Part shown: positions 1-7,610 of the stretch, in pieces
Numbering within the stretch: the stretch's first letter is position 1
Layout of the letters: the number at the start of each line of letters is the position of its first letter
Assembly: GCA_964519305.1 (NCBI GenBank)
Contig: CAZFHY010000013.1
Span: 1-64,000, forward strand
DNA from: Candidatus Undinarchaeota archaeon
Lineage (GTDB): Archaea; SpSt-1190; JASMDC01
Reading direction: 5' to 3'
DNA length: 64,000 bases
Position numbers and translations under genes: made by a program
Notes under the pieces: generated by a model
Databases searched by the model: none
Told to the model about the DNA's origin: nothing
The model's input: the letters and a program-made list of their open reading frames with translations, nothing else

Positions 1-1044
1 GGCAACTTCGCATGCGTGAGCTACTCATGTTCATCCTCACAATGCGTCGCCGGATACGAGCTGTGCGGCTCGGGGTGCTACCAGACCGGTACGGGCATCT
101 GCTGCTCGGGAACGTGGGCTAGTGGCGGCGACTGCTGCGACGACGGGGACTGCACCGGTGGATTCTCTTGTCAATCCAACCAGTGCTCAACCAGCTGCGC
201 GTCAGGGTACACCTCCTGCGGCGGAAGCTGCTACACGACCGGCTCAGGCATCTGCTGCTCAGGAGTATGGAAGACCGGCGGCAACTGCTGCAGTGACGCG
301 GACTGCTCAGGCAATTTCGCCTGCATCTCAAACGCATGCTCATCATCGGACTGCGTGTCAGGCTACACTCTCTGCGGCGGAAGCTGCTACCTGACCAGCT
401 CAGGCACCTGCTGCTCCGGGACCTGGGAGGCTGGAGGGGATTGCTGCGGTGACAGCGATTGCTCGGGCAACTTCGCATGTGTATCAAACTCGTGCTCTTC
501 GACCCAGTGCGTGTCAGGCTATTCACTCTGCGGCTCGAACTGCTACCAGACAGGAACCGGTATATGCTGCTCGGGCGTGTGGAAGAGCGGAGGGGACTGC
601 TGCTCCAATACCGACTGCTCAGATAACTTCGCATGCGTGTCTAACGCATGCTCATCCACACAATGCGTCGCCGGGTACACCCTCTGCGGTGGAAGCTGCT
701 ACCAGACCACTACCGGCACCTGTTGCTCGGGCGTATGGAAGGTCGGCGGGGACTGCTGCTCCGACCCGGACTGCTCAGGTAACTTCGCATGCGTTACCAA
801 CCAGTGTTCAACCTCCCAGTGCGCCTCAGGATACACTCTCTGCGGTCTAGGATGCTATCAGACAGGAACCGGTACCTGCTGCTCGGGCGTGTGGAAGGCC
901 GGTGGGGACTGCTGCGGCGATGCCGATTGTTCAGGTAACTTCGCCTGTATATCAAACTCATGCTCCACGACACAGTGCGCATCAGGATACACACTTTGCG
1001 GCGGGAGCTGCTACGCCACTGGCGCCGGTACGTGCTGCTCGGGG
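1..1044 (+). repeat. 156-bp coding tandem repeat (one unit 153 bp)
   Basis: G(N/G)F(A/S)C-type motif starts at 1, 157, 310, 466, 622, 778 and 934. Consensus is GNFACxSNxCSSTQCxxGYTLCGGSCYQTGTGxCCSGVWKxGGDCCxDxDCS. Confidence 0.95.
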
Positions 1045-1047
1045 TAA
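1..1047 (+). CDS. Cys-rich tandem-repeat protein, 5'-partial, probably an extracellular disulfide-rich adhesin-like protein; ends mid-repeat
   Basis: Frame 1 is open from base 1 (GNFACVSYSC...) to TAA at 1045-1047. It has about 6.7 copies of a 52-aa unit with 10 Cys, and synonymous third-position variation between copies supports this frame. Confidence 0.85.
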   Translation, partial: GNFACVSYSCSSSQCVAGYELCGSGCYQTGTGICCSGTWASGGDCCDDGDCTGGFSCQSNQCSTSCASGYTSCGGSCYTTGSGICCSGVWKTGGNCCSDADCSGNFACISNACSSSDCVSGYTLCGGSCYLTSSGTCCSGTWEAGGDCCGDSDCSGNFACVSNSCSSTQCVSGYSLCGSNCYQTGTGICCSGVWKSGGDCCSNTDCSDNFACVSNACSSTQCVAGYTLCGGSCYQTTTGTCCSGVWKVGGDCCSDPDCSGNFACVTNQCSTSQCASGYTLCGLGCYQTGTGTCCSGVWKAGGDCCGDADCSGNFACISNSCSTTQCASGYTLCGGSCYATGAGTCCSG

Positions 1048-1298
1048 GTTACGTCGATGCCGGTGACGTTGATGTGCTTTCCCGCACCGTTGAGGATATG
1101 GAGCTGGAACACACCGGTGTCGCCGAAGATGTGGTCGCGGTAGTGGAGGCGGTCGCTGCCCACGCAGGTCCCCTTCATGTAGGAACCCTCGTTGAACAGG
1201 CCGAAGGAGTGCATGGCGGCGCCAGCGATTACGATGACCAGGATCATGCTCCCGTAGGTGAACAGGAACTCCATTGCCGCCTGTCCACGCGTCCGCAT
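1011..1298 (-). CDS. Archaeal type IV pilin-like protein with class III signal peptide, probably C-terminally truncated
   Basis: MRTRG^QAAMEFLFTYG has Q at +1 and E at +5, followed by a hydrophobic helix. An SD-like AGGAGTGA lies at about 1303-1310 on the minus strand. The last ~10 aa are antisense to the Cys-repeat gene. Confidence 0.8.
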   Translation of the reverse strand: MRTRGQAAMEFLFTYGSMILVIVIAGAAMHSFGLFNEGSYMKGTCVGSDRLHYRDHIFGDTGVFQLHILNGAGKHINVTGIDVTYPEQHVPAPVA

Positions 1299-1438
1299 AC
1301 GATCACTCCTTCATCATCCGAGACATAGTCTATACTCTCTTCTGAACAGTGTTAGGCCGTCATGGACTAATAACATGGCGTATAGAACGTATTTCTTCGC
1401 ATACCTTTTTCTATACAGGTATATGCTGACGCTCGACC

Positions 1439-2452
1439 CTACACCAGCTTCTTCTGCACGCCCTTCCCCAGATGTTCGTACGCCACGTTGCCGGCCTTTC
1501 TGCCGCTGCGCGTCCGTGTCAGGAACCCACGCTTGAGGAGGTAGGGCTCCACCATGTCCACCAAGGTGTCCCGCTCCTCGTTGAGGGTGGCGGCCAGTGC
1601 TTCGATGCCCACCGGTCCGCCGTCATAGAACTCGATGATCGTGGACAGCATCTTGCGGTCCAGATCGTCCAGACCCTCGCGGTCCACGCCCTCCAGCTCA
1701 AGGGCCTGCTCGGCGACGGTAGGGGTGACGACGCCCTTGGCCTCGACCTGTGCGTAGTCGCGGACACGGCGTAGGAGACGGTTGGCGATGCGGGGCGTAC
1801 CGCGGGCCCTTCGTGCGATCTCAGCGCCACCCTTGGGCTCGACAGGCACGTTCAGGAGGTCTGACGACCTGTCGACGATGCGCTCCAGCTCCTGCGATGA
1901 GTAGAAGTCCAGGTGGTGGTAGATGCCGAATCGCTCCCGCAGGGGGGCGGTGAGCGCGCCCGCGCGGGTAGTGGCGGCCACCAGGGTGAATGGTTTGAGG
2001 GGCACCTTGATGGTCTTGGCGAAGGCACCCTTGTCTACTATGAAGTCAGCGGAGAAATCCTCCATGGCCGGATAGAGGAACTCCTCCACCACCGGATTGA
2101 GACGATGGACCTCGTCGATGAAGAGCACGTCGCCGCGCTCAAGGTTGGTGAGGATGCCCATGAGATCTCCCGGGCGCTCCAGGGCAGGACCCGAGGTGGC
2201 GACCAGCTTGCTCCCCATCTCGTGGGCGATTATATGGGCCAGAGTGGTCTTTCCCAAGCCGGGGGGACCATAGAGCAGGATGTGCTCCACCGGCTCACGG
2301 CGCTGGCGTGCTGCTGTGAGGGCGATGCCCAGCTTGCGGACCACTGCCTCCTGCCCGATGAACTCGTTCAGTGTCGTGGGCCGCAGGCTCCAGGTGAACG
2401 CCCGCTCTTCCTCGTCCGTTGGTGTGCCGCTGACGACGCGCTCGCGTGCCAT
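1439..2452 (-). CDS. ruvB: Holliday junction branch migration helicase RuvB
   Basis: SLRPTTLNEFIGQ, Walker A GPPGLGKTTLA, Walker B FIDEVHRL, ATTRAG, RGTPRIANRLLRRVRD. Confidence 0.98.
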   Translation of the reverse strand: MARERVVSGTPTDEEERAFTWSLRPTTLNEFIGQEAVVRKLGIALTAARQRREPVEHILLYGPPGLGKTTLAHIIAHEMGSKLVATSGPALERPGDLMGILTNLERGDVLFIDEVHRLNPVVEEFLYPAMEDFSADFIVDKGAFAKTIKVPLKPFTLVAATTRAGALTAPLRERFGIYHHLDFYSSQELERIVDRSSDLLNVPVEPKGGAEIARRARGTPRIANRLLRRVRDYAQVEAKGVVTPTVAEQALELEGVDREGLDDLDRKMLSTIIEFYDGGPVGIEALAATLNEERDTLVDMVEPYLLKRGFLTRTRSGRKAGNVAYEHLGKGVQKKLV

Positions 2453-2453
2453 G

Positions 2454-3083
2454 TTACCCTCTCACCTTCCTGAATACCTCCGCGATGAGCTCGTCAGTGC
2501 CGGTGGCGCCGGGCAGGCGCGCGATGGCCTCGGACACCATCTTCTGTGCTTCCGGGCGGGAGTATCCGAGCTGTCGCAGCACGGTCTGTGCCTCCTCCCC
2601 GATGTTCGTCTCGCGGTGCGGGGACACTCCGGGCTCGCGCAGGAGGGCGAACCGCGCCATCTTTCCGTTGAGCTCGGCGATGACCTTCTCGGCGGCCCGG
2701 TTGCCTATACCCGGGAGGCGTGTGAGCGTTACCTTATCCTTGGCCTCGATAGCGAGGGCGATCTCGCTGATCGGAAGTGTCAGCGACCTCAGCGCCCGCT
2801 TGGGCCCGATCCCCTGGACGGTGATGAAGAGCTGGAAGAAGTCGCGGGCCACGGGATTGAGGAACCCGATCAACCGGGGCAGGAGCGGGCCGGGACCGGA
2901 TCCTCCCTCGAGGTAATGAAGTGTGTGGAACGTGACGTTAAGATCGGTCGCTTGGTCGAGCCGGACCCTCAACTCGTCGAGGATGCCCGACGGAATCTGG
3001 ACCTGGTACGATACATCGTTGGAGCGCACAACCGCGAACCCGTCGCCCACGTCCTCGAGCACACCCGTGAGCCGCCAGATCAC
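2454..3083 (-). CDS. ruvA: Holliday junction branch migration protein RuvA
   Basis: N-terminal OB fold, HhH motifs VQGIGPKRA and LPGIGNRAA, C-terminal LRQLGYSRPEA. GTG start overlaps the ruvC stop (GTGA). Confidence 0.95.
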   Translation of the reverse strand: MIWRLTGVLEDVGDGFAVVRSNDVSYQVQIPSGILDELRVRLDQATDLNVTFHTLHYLEGGSGPGPLLPRLIGFLNPVARDFFQLFITVQGIGPKRALRSLTLPISEIALAIEAKDKVTLTRLPGIGNRAAEKVIAELNGKMARFALLREPGVSPHRETNIGEEAQTVLRQLGYSRPEAQKMVSEAIARLPGATGTDELIAEVFRKVRG

Positions 3084-3601
3084 GTGTCCCCGCCCCCTTG
3101 AACACCATCACGACGCAGGGCGTCACAATGGCACAGGGCAACGGCGAGCGCGTCGGACACATCTGCCGGCTTGGGTGCTTCGTCAATGCCCAGGGCCGCA
3201 GCTACGGCACCCTGCACCTGCTCCTTGGATGCGCGACCGTTACCGGTGATCGCCTTCTTCACCCTGCTTGGCGGGTAGCCCGTCACCGCAAGGTCACGCT
3301 GAGCGGCCGCCAGGAGCAGCACCCCGCGGGCGTGGCCCATGACGATGGCGGTCCGGGGCCGCTGATAATGGGTGAAGAGCGCCTCTACCGCGACACAGGA
3401 AGGCCGGAACTCCTCCAGAACGCCTCCGAGGGCCTCGTGGAGAGTGCGCAGTCGCAGCTCTAGTGGGTCCTTGGGACTTGTCCGGAGCACACCGCCCTCG
3501 ACAAGTTCGACCGAACTCCCGCGCATCTGGACCACACCGTAACCGGTTATGTTGATACCGGGGTCCAGGCCCAGGACGCGCAGTCCCTCGTCAGGCTCCA
3601 C
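3080..3601 (-). CDS. ruvC: Crossover junction endodeoxyribonuclease RuvC
   Basis: VLGLDPG..TGYGV, VAVE, HARGV, VKKAITGNGRASKEQV, DVSDALAVA. Start moved to GTG 3601, about 25 bp downstream of a TATA box. Confidence 0.96.
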   Translation of the reverse strand: MEPDEGLRVLGLDPGINITGYGVVQMRGSSVELVEGGVLRTSPKDPLELRLRTLHEALGGVLEEFRPSCVAVEALFTHYQRPRTAIVMGHARGVLLLAAAQRDLAVTGYPPSRVKKAITGNGRASKEQVQGAVAAALGIDEAPKPADVSDALAVALCHCDALRRDGVQGGGDT

Positions 3602-3620
3602 GTCAATCTCTCGACGCTCT

Positions 3621-3638
3621 ACTATAAAAAAGGTTTGC
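3621..3638 (-). promoter_or_regulatory. Archaeal BRE/TATA promoter of ruvCAB (leaderless)
   Basis: Minus strand reads AAACCTTTTTTATAGT about 22-35 bp upstream of GTG 3601. Confidence 0.7.
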
Positions 3639-3666
3639 AGGGCCGTCTGCCGGTATTCCGGCAACC

Positions 3667-4998
3667 TCAGAGCCGAGAGAACGCCCTGATGCCACGCAGG
3701 AGGTTCATCGCGTCCCGCGGATCGCGCACTATCTCCCGTAGCCGGCGGCGGGCGAAAGCGCTTGTGAGGTAGAAGGAGCGGTAGGCCTCCCGCAGCAGCT
3801 CCTGGAGCCGTCCCTCGGAAAGGTGCGGGTGGTCGAACACCAGCTCGAACGTGTTGAACCGGTCCCACTCCCGGGAAACGTCGATGCCTCTGTCCGCGAG
3901 CCCGTCCCAGCTCGGGGTGCCGGGGAAGGGAGTGAAGATGGAGAAGTTTGCGAAGTCCGGTCCCAGGTCACGGGCCGTGTCGATGGTCGCCCGGACCGAT
4001 CCCTCGGTGTCGTCGGGGAATCCGAGGATGAAGCAGGCCCTCACGGCGACACCGTGGTCCTGGCACATGCGCATCACATCTTTTGTACGGTCAAGGTCCA
4101 CTGCCTTGCCGATGGACTTGCGCTCGTCGACCGATGCGGATTCCACTCCGATGCCCATGGAGGTACAGCCTGCGTCCGCCATGAGCGTTATCAGGTCCTC
4201 GGTGAGAAGGTCGCTGCGGGCCTGACAGTTCCAGGTGAGATCGTACTCCGTGATACGTCGGCAGAACTCCCGTGTCCGTTCGTCGTCGAATGGGAACGTG
4301 CCGTCCATTACCTTGAAGTCCCGCATACCGTGGTCCTCCACCAGCCGGTCGATGGAGGCGAACACCAGGTCCAGCTCGATGCGGGCGTGGCGTGACGGAC
4401 GCTGGCAGAAACCGCATGCGAACGGGCAACCACGCATGGTGAACACCGGGTATGAGGGCACATGCTTGGATGTGATAGTACCCTGTCCGTACCGGTCCAT
4501 GTCCAGAAGCTCGTAAGCAGGGACGCGGTCCGCGTCGGACGGGACGGGCACAGCATGGACACCTTTCGAGGCCCCGCGCACGATGGCAGCGAGCGCGTCC
4601 TCGCCGTCGCCCACGACGACATCGTCAACACACGCCTCGGCCGCGGTCTCGTTCGGAAGGACCGATGGATGAGGGCCACCCAGCACAGTGCGTGCCCCTG
4701 CGTCCCTGGCCCGCCGTGCGATATCGAGCGCCCCGGGGTACACGGACGTGTGTGCGGTGATGCCCACGATGTCCGGACTTCGGGCCAGGGCAGCATCCAG
4801 GTCCCCGGCCTGACCCACCGCCATATCCAGCACCTCCACCTCGCACCCGGTCACGTCCCGGACGTACCCGCCCAGTTGAGCCAGCCAAACCGGTGGCCAT
4901 GAGGATGCCAGATGGAACATGGCGCGGCCCATGGACCGCTCGCTCTCTGGCGGATTGACCAGCAGGAGGCGGCGGGCCCGCGTCGCCCGGGCCATCAT
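3667..4998 (-). CDS. B12-binding domain radical SAM protein
   Basis: LLLVNPP N-terminus, VLGGPHPS, VVGDGE, RGCPFACGFC (CxxxCxxC), GVES, FTPFPGT. Start at 4998 or 4995 overlaps the upstream stop. Confidence 0.93.
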   Translation of the reverse strand: MMARATRARRLLLVNPPESERSMGRAMFHLASSWPPVWLAQLGGYVRDVTGCEVEVLDMAVGQAGDLDAALARSPDIVGITAHTSVYPGALDIARRARDAGARTVLGGPHPSVLPNETAAEACVDDVVVGDGEDALAAIVRGASKGVHAVPVPSDADRVPAYELLDMDRYGQGTITSKHVPSYPVFTMRGCPFACGFCQRPSRHARIELDLVFASIDRLVEDHGMRDFKVMDGTFPFDDERTREFCRRITEYDLTWNCQARSDLLTEDLITLMADAGCTSMGIGVESASVDERKSIGKAVDLDRTKDVMRMCQDHGVAVRACFILGFPDDTEGSVRATIDTARDLGPDFANFSIFTPFPGTPSWDGLADRGIDVSREWDRFNTFELVFDHPHLSEGRLQELLREAYRSFYLTSAFARRRLREIVRDPRDAMNLLRGIRAFSRL

Positions 4999-5645
4999 CC
5001 CTCCCATTCGTAGGGCCGGGAGTAGAAGCCCTTCATGCAGGTGAGCTCCGACACGTCCTTGACCACCCGGGCCGGGCTGCCGATGACCACTTTACCTGCA
5101 GGCACGTCCTTGGTCACCACCGCGCAGGCTCCGACGATGGCCCCCTCGCCCACGGTAACGCCAGGGAATATGGTGGCCAGCGCCCCTATCTTGGCGCCCT
5201 TCTTGATGTGTGGGGCTCCCAGGCACTCAGTGTACCTCGGGCACCGTGGGTGGGGATCGTTGAGGAATAGCGATCGTGGCCCGATGAATGCATTGTCCTC
5301 GATGACCGAGTACTCGCCCAGGATGGCTGCCGTGTGGATGCTGACGTTATTACCGATTCGATGGCCGTTCTCCATGGCCGCGAGCGTGCCGATGCTCACG
5401 TTGTCACCGATAATGTTGTCCTCGCGGATGCGCGCACCGCTGCCCGTGGAAAGGTTGTCGCCGATGGTGGTCCCCGCATAGATCACCGAGTGGGTGCGGA
5501 CCACGGCGTTATCACCGATGACCAGCTCCAGTTCGCCGTCCTCGCTGCCGCGGGGCGGTACTCCGAGGACCGCATAAGGCTCGATGACCGCGCTCTTCCC
5601 AAGTCTGACGTTGGGGTACCGTACGTATGGGATTTCCTTGACCAT
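4995..5645 (-). CDS. Hexapeptide-repeat (left-handed beta-helix) N-acetyltransferase, WbpD-like
   Basis: IGDN/IGNN hexapeptide repeats, FLNDPHP, VGACAVVTKDVP..GSPARVV. Start placed at MVKEIPY. Confidence 0.9.
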   Translation of the reverse strand: MVKEIPYVRYPNVRLGKSAVIEPYAVLGVPPRGSEDGELELVIGDNAVVRTHSVIYAGTTIGDNLSTGSGARIREDNIIGDNVSIGTLAAMENGHRIGNNVSIHTAAILGEYSVIEDNAFIGPRSLFLNDPHPRCPRYTECLGAPHIKKGAKIGALATIFPGVTVGEGAIVGACAVVTKDVPAGKVVIGSPARVVKDVSELTCMKGFYSRPYEWEG

Positions 5646-5655
5646 GGGCAACACC

Positions 5656-6456
5656 TCACACCGGCGGCCTGGGCTGCACCACAAGCCGCGTGATGCCCAT
5701 CTCCGCTAACCGCCCTTCATCGGGTACGTCGTGGTTCTCGTAGAACACCGCGTTCCCCTGGAGAAGAAGGGGTCCGGGCATGATGGGATGGGTGAGCGTG
5801 AAAGATGTGGTGCGACACTGTCGGTCGCAGGGCCAGACACCAACACGGACTGGGCTGTCGCTGTCGCAGTTCGCTGTCGGGCAGAGCCGTGTAGTGGTCA
5901 CGGCCATGAACGGTGTGTATAAAGAGCCCTCCAGTGGATCGGGCCCCTTGCTAAGATCGAGGTCAAGGCCCTGGAGGGGATTGTCCACCTCGACGCGCCT
6001 GACGCCACGCTCGTGCAGGAACCGCCTGAAGATCGGGACGGTGAGATTGTTCTCACGGTACTGTCGCAGGGTTTCTTCCGGAAGGCGGTCGATCACGCGC
6101 ATGATGCGCGGCCCCTTGCGCAGCCGGTTGAGCACACGACCCATGAGCGGTTCGAGCCCCTGATCACGTAGAGTGGAAAGCACGCCCCAGTCATTGGCCA
6201 CGACCTCGCACGCAGCCTCCTCGCTAGCCAGGGCCGCAAGTACCGGCTCGAGGCGGTCCAGGCCGATATCGGTCACCAGGGGGGTGACGAGCGTGAAGGC
6301 ACGACCTGCATCCCTTGCCGCGTGGAGCACCGACATGACCTCGTTCTCGGTCGGGATCAGGTTCTGACAGAACTCGCTACCAAAGTACACGCGCCGGGCA
6401 TCGTCCTCCACAAGGTCGAGCTGGTCGGCCCGGGCTATGAGCGTGGCGCGCTCCAT
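5656..6456 (-). CDS. U32-family partner subunit (UbiV-like TIM-barrel/Fe-S protein)
   Basis: RVYFGSEFC, FTLVTP, EVVANDWG, TTTRLC..C...PCDRQC, LQGNAVF. Translationally coupled to the U32 gene (TGATG). Confidence 0.7.
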   Translation of the reverse strand: MERATLIARADQLDLVEDDARRVYFGSEFCQNLIPTENEVMSVLHAARDAGRAFTLVTPLVTDIGLDRLEPVLAALASEEAACEVVANDWGVLSTLRDQGLEPLMGRVLNRLRKGPRIMRVIDRLPEETLRQYRENNLTVPIFRRFLHERGVRRVEVDNPLQGLDLDLSKGPDPLEGSLYTPFMAVTTTRLCPTANCDSDSPVRVGVWPCDRQCRTTSFTLTHPIMPGPLLLQGNAVFYENHDVPDEGRLAEMGITRLVVQPRPPV

Positions 6457-7556
6457 CAGACGTCAACCTCCATGACCGACGGATAGTAGCAGTACCCGAG
6501 CTCGCAGTCGACGCCGAACCGCTGCTTGTGCTCGGCCCGGGTGTGGCGGATGAACTCCTCTCGTGAGGGTTTCTCGGTCGCCATGTAGTCCAGCAGATGA
6601 CGTATGAACCGCACGTCGCCCACCTTGCGTGATGTGGGGAACGCGCGTCCGATGATCTTAATGCTCTCCAGTCCCATCGTCGCCAGGTCGTGGATGGCAC
6701 AGGCGCCGCACTCTACCTGAGTCTTTCGCTTGACAAAGCGTTTCATGCGCTCATGTGCATTGGCCTGCTTCTCCTCGTCCAGGTCCCCATCGATTGTGAC
6801 CGTGTGCCGCAGCTCGCAGGGCTCCAGCCATTCCATGCACACGCTCTCGTCAATGAGCGCTTCGAGCACCCGCCGTGGCAGGCGTTTGGCAAGGGAAACC
6901 ACACGGTCGTTGTGCTTTACCGCCATGAAGGCCTTGCCCACCACAGGGTGAACAGGGTTCATGATCTCGTGGAGACCGTGCTGGAATGTACAGAAACCCT
7001 CCACGTTCCGGCAGCGACCGTTGAGGATGAACACCTCGATGCCTGTCCCCTCCGATCCTTTCACGATGCGACGTATCTCCTCGACGGTGAGGTGGCGATC
7101 GAGGATGACCCGTGATGCTCCCAGGTCCCGGAAGAAAGCGGCCGACGTGGCGTTGATGACCGAGGCCCCCGTGCTCACGTGGAGGTCAACGGGCAATCCC
7201 TCGTCCTTCACCAGAAGCAGGAGCCCGATATCGGCGATGATGAGCGCGTCCACACCCGCGTCCACGGCGGTCCTAAGCTCATCGAGCACCACAGGGTACT
7301 GTTCCTCGTCGTAGTAGTGGGCATTGGCGGCGAAGTACAGCCGTGCACCCTTGTCGTGGGCGAGCGTCGCGGCCGTCCGTATCTGGTCGAAGGAGCGGAA
7401 GTTGGGCTCGCCGCACTCGCGTCGGTTCGAAGAGCAGATGGTACTGTAGACCTCCTCCCATTTCTTCGTTATGAGGCCGCAGTAGAGAGCATTGGCGCCA
7501 GCGTCGATCAAGGGCACAACCTCGTCGGCCGTGGTCAGGGGCGCCAGCAGCTCCAT
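6456..7556 (-). CDS. U32 family ('peptidase') Fe-S protein, UbiU/TrhP/RlhA-like
   Basis: MELLAP, GANALYCG, GVDALIIADIG, LHVSTGASVIN, GASRVILDRHL, GRC....GFC, CGACA, SIKIIGR. Confidence 0.9.
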   Translation of the reverse strand: MELLAPLTTADEVVPLIDAGANALYCGLITKKWEEVYSTICSSNRRECGEPNFRSFDQIRTAATLAHDKGARLYFAANAHYYDEEQYPVVLDELRTAVDAGVDALIIADIGLLLLVKDEGLPVDLHVSTGASVINATSAAFFRDLGASRVILDRHLTVEEIRRIVKGSEGTGIEVFILNGRCRNVEGFCTFQHGLHEIMNPVHPVVGKAFMAVKHNDRVVSLAKRLPRRVLEALIDESVCMEWLEPCELRHTVTIDGDLDEEKQANAHERMKRFVKRKTQVECGACAIHDLATMGLESIKIIGRAFPTSRKVGDVRFIRHLLDYMATEKPSREEFIRHTRAEHKQRFGVDCELGYCYYPSVMEVDV

Positions 7557-7580
7557 GGCTCTCGGCGGGAAGCTGTCAGG

Positions 7581-7592
7581 CAAAATATATAA
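7581..7592 (-). promoter_or_regulatory. TATA box of the U32 operon
   Basis: Minus strand reads TTATATATTTTG about 25-35 bp upstream of ATG 7556. Confidence 0.65.
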
Positions 7593-7610
7593 CATGAACG
7601 TCCGGTCGCG

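Noticed and set aside
1-1044. 156-bp repeats as a CRISPR array or DGR template/variable repeats
   Set aside because: The repeats are contiguous coding units with mostly synonymous variation. There are no unique spacers, no adenine-specific pattern, and no cas or reverse transcriptase gene in the window.
960-1328. + strand 122-aa ORF as a frameshifted continuation of the Cys-repeat protein
   Set aside because: It is the antisense shadow of the pilin, which has the recognisable signal peptide and SD sequence.
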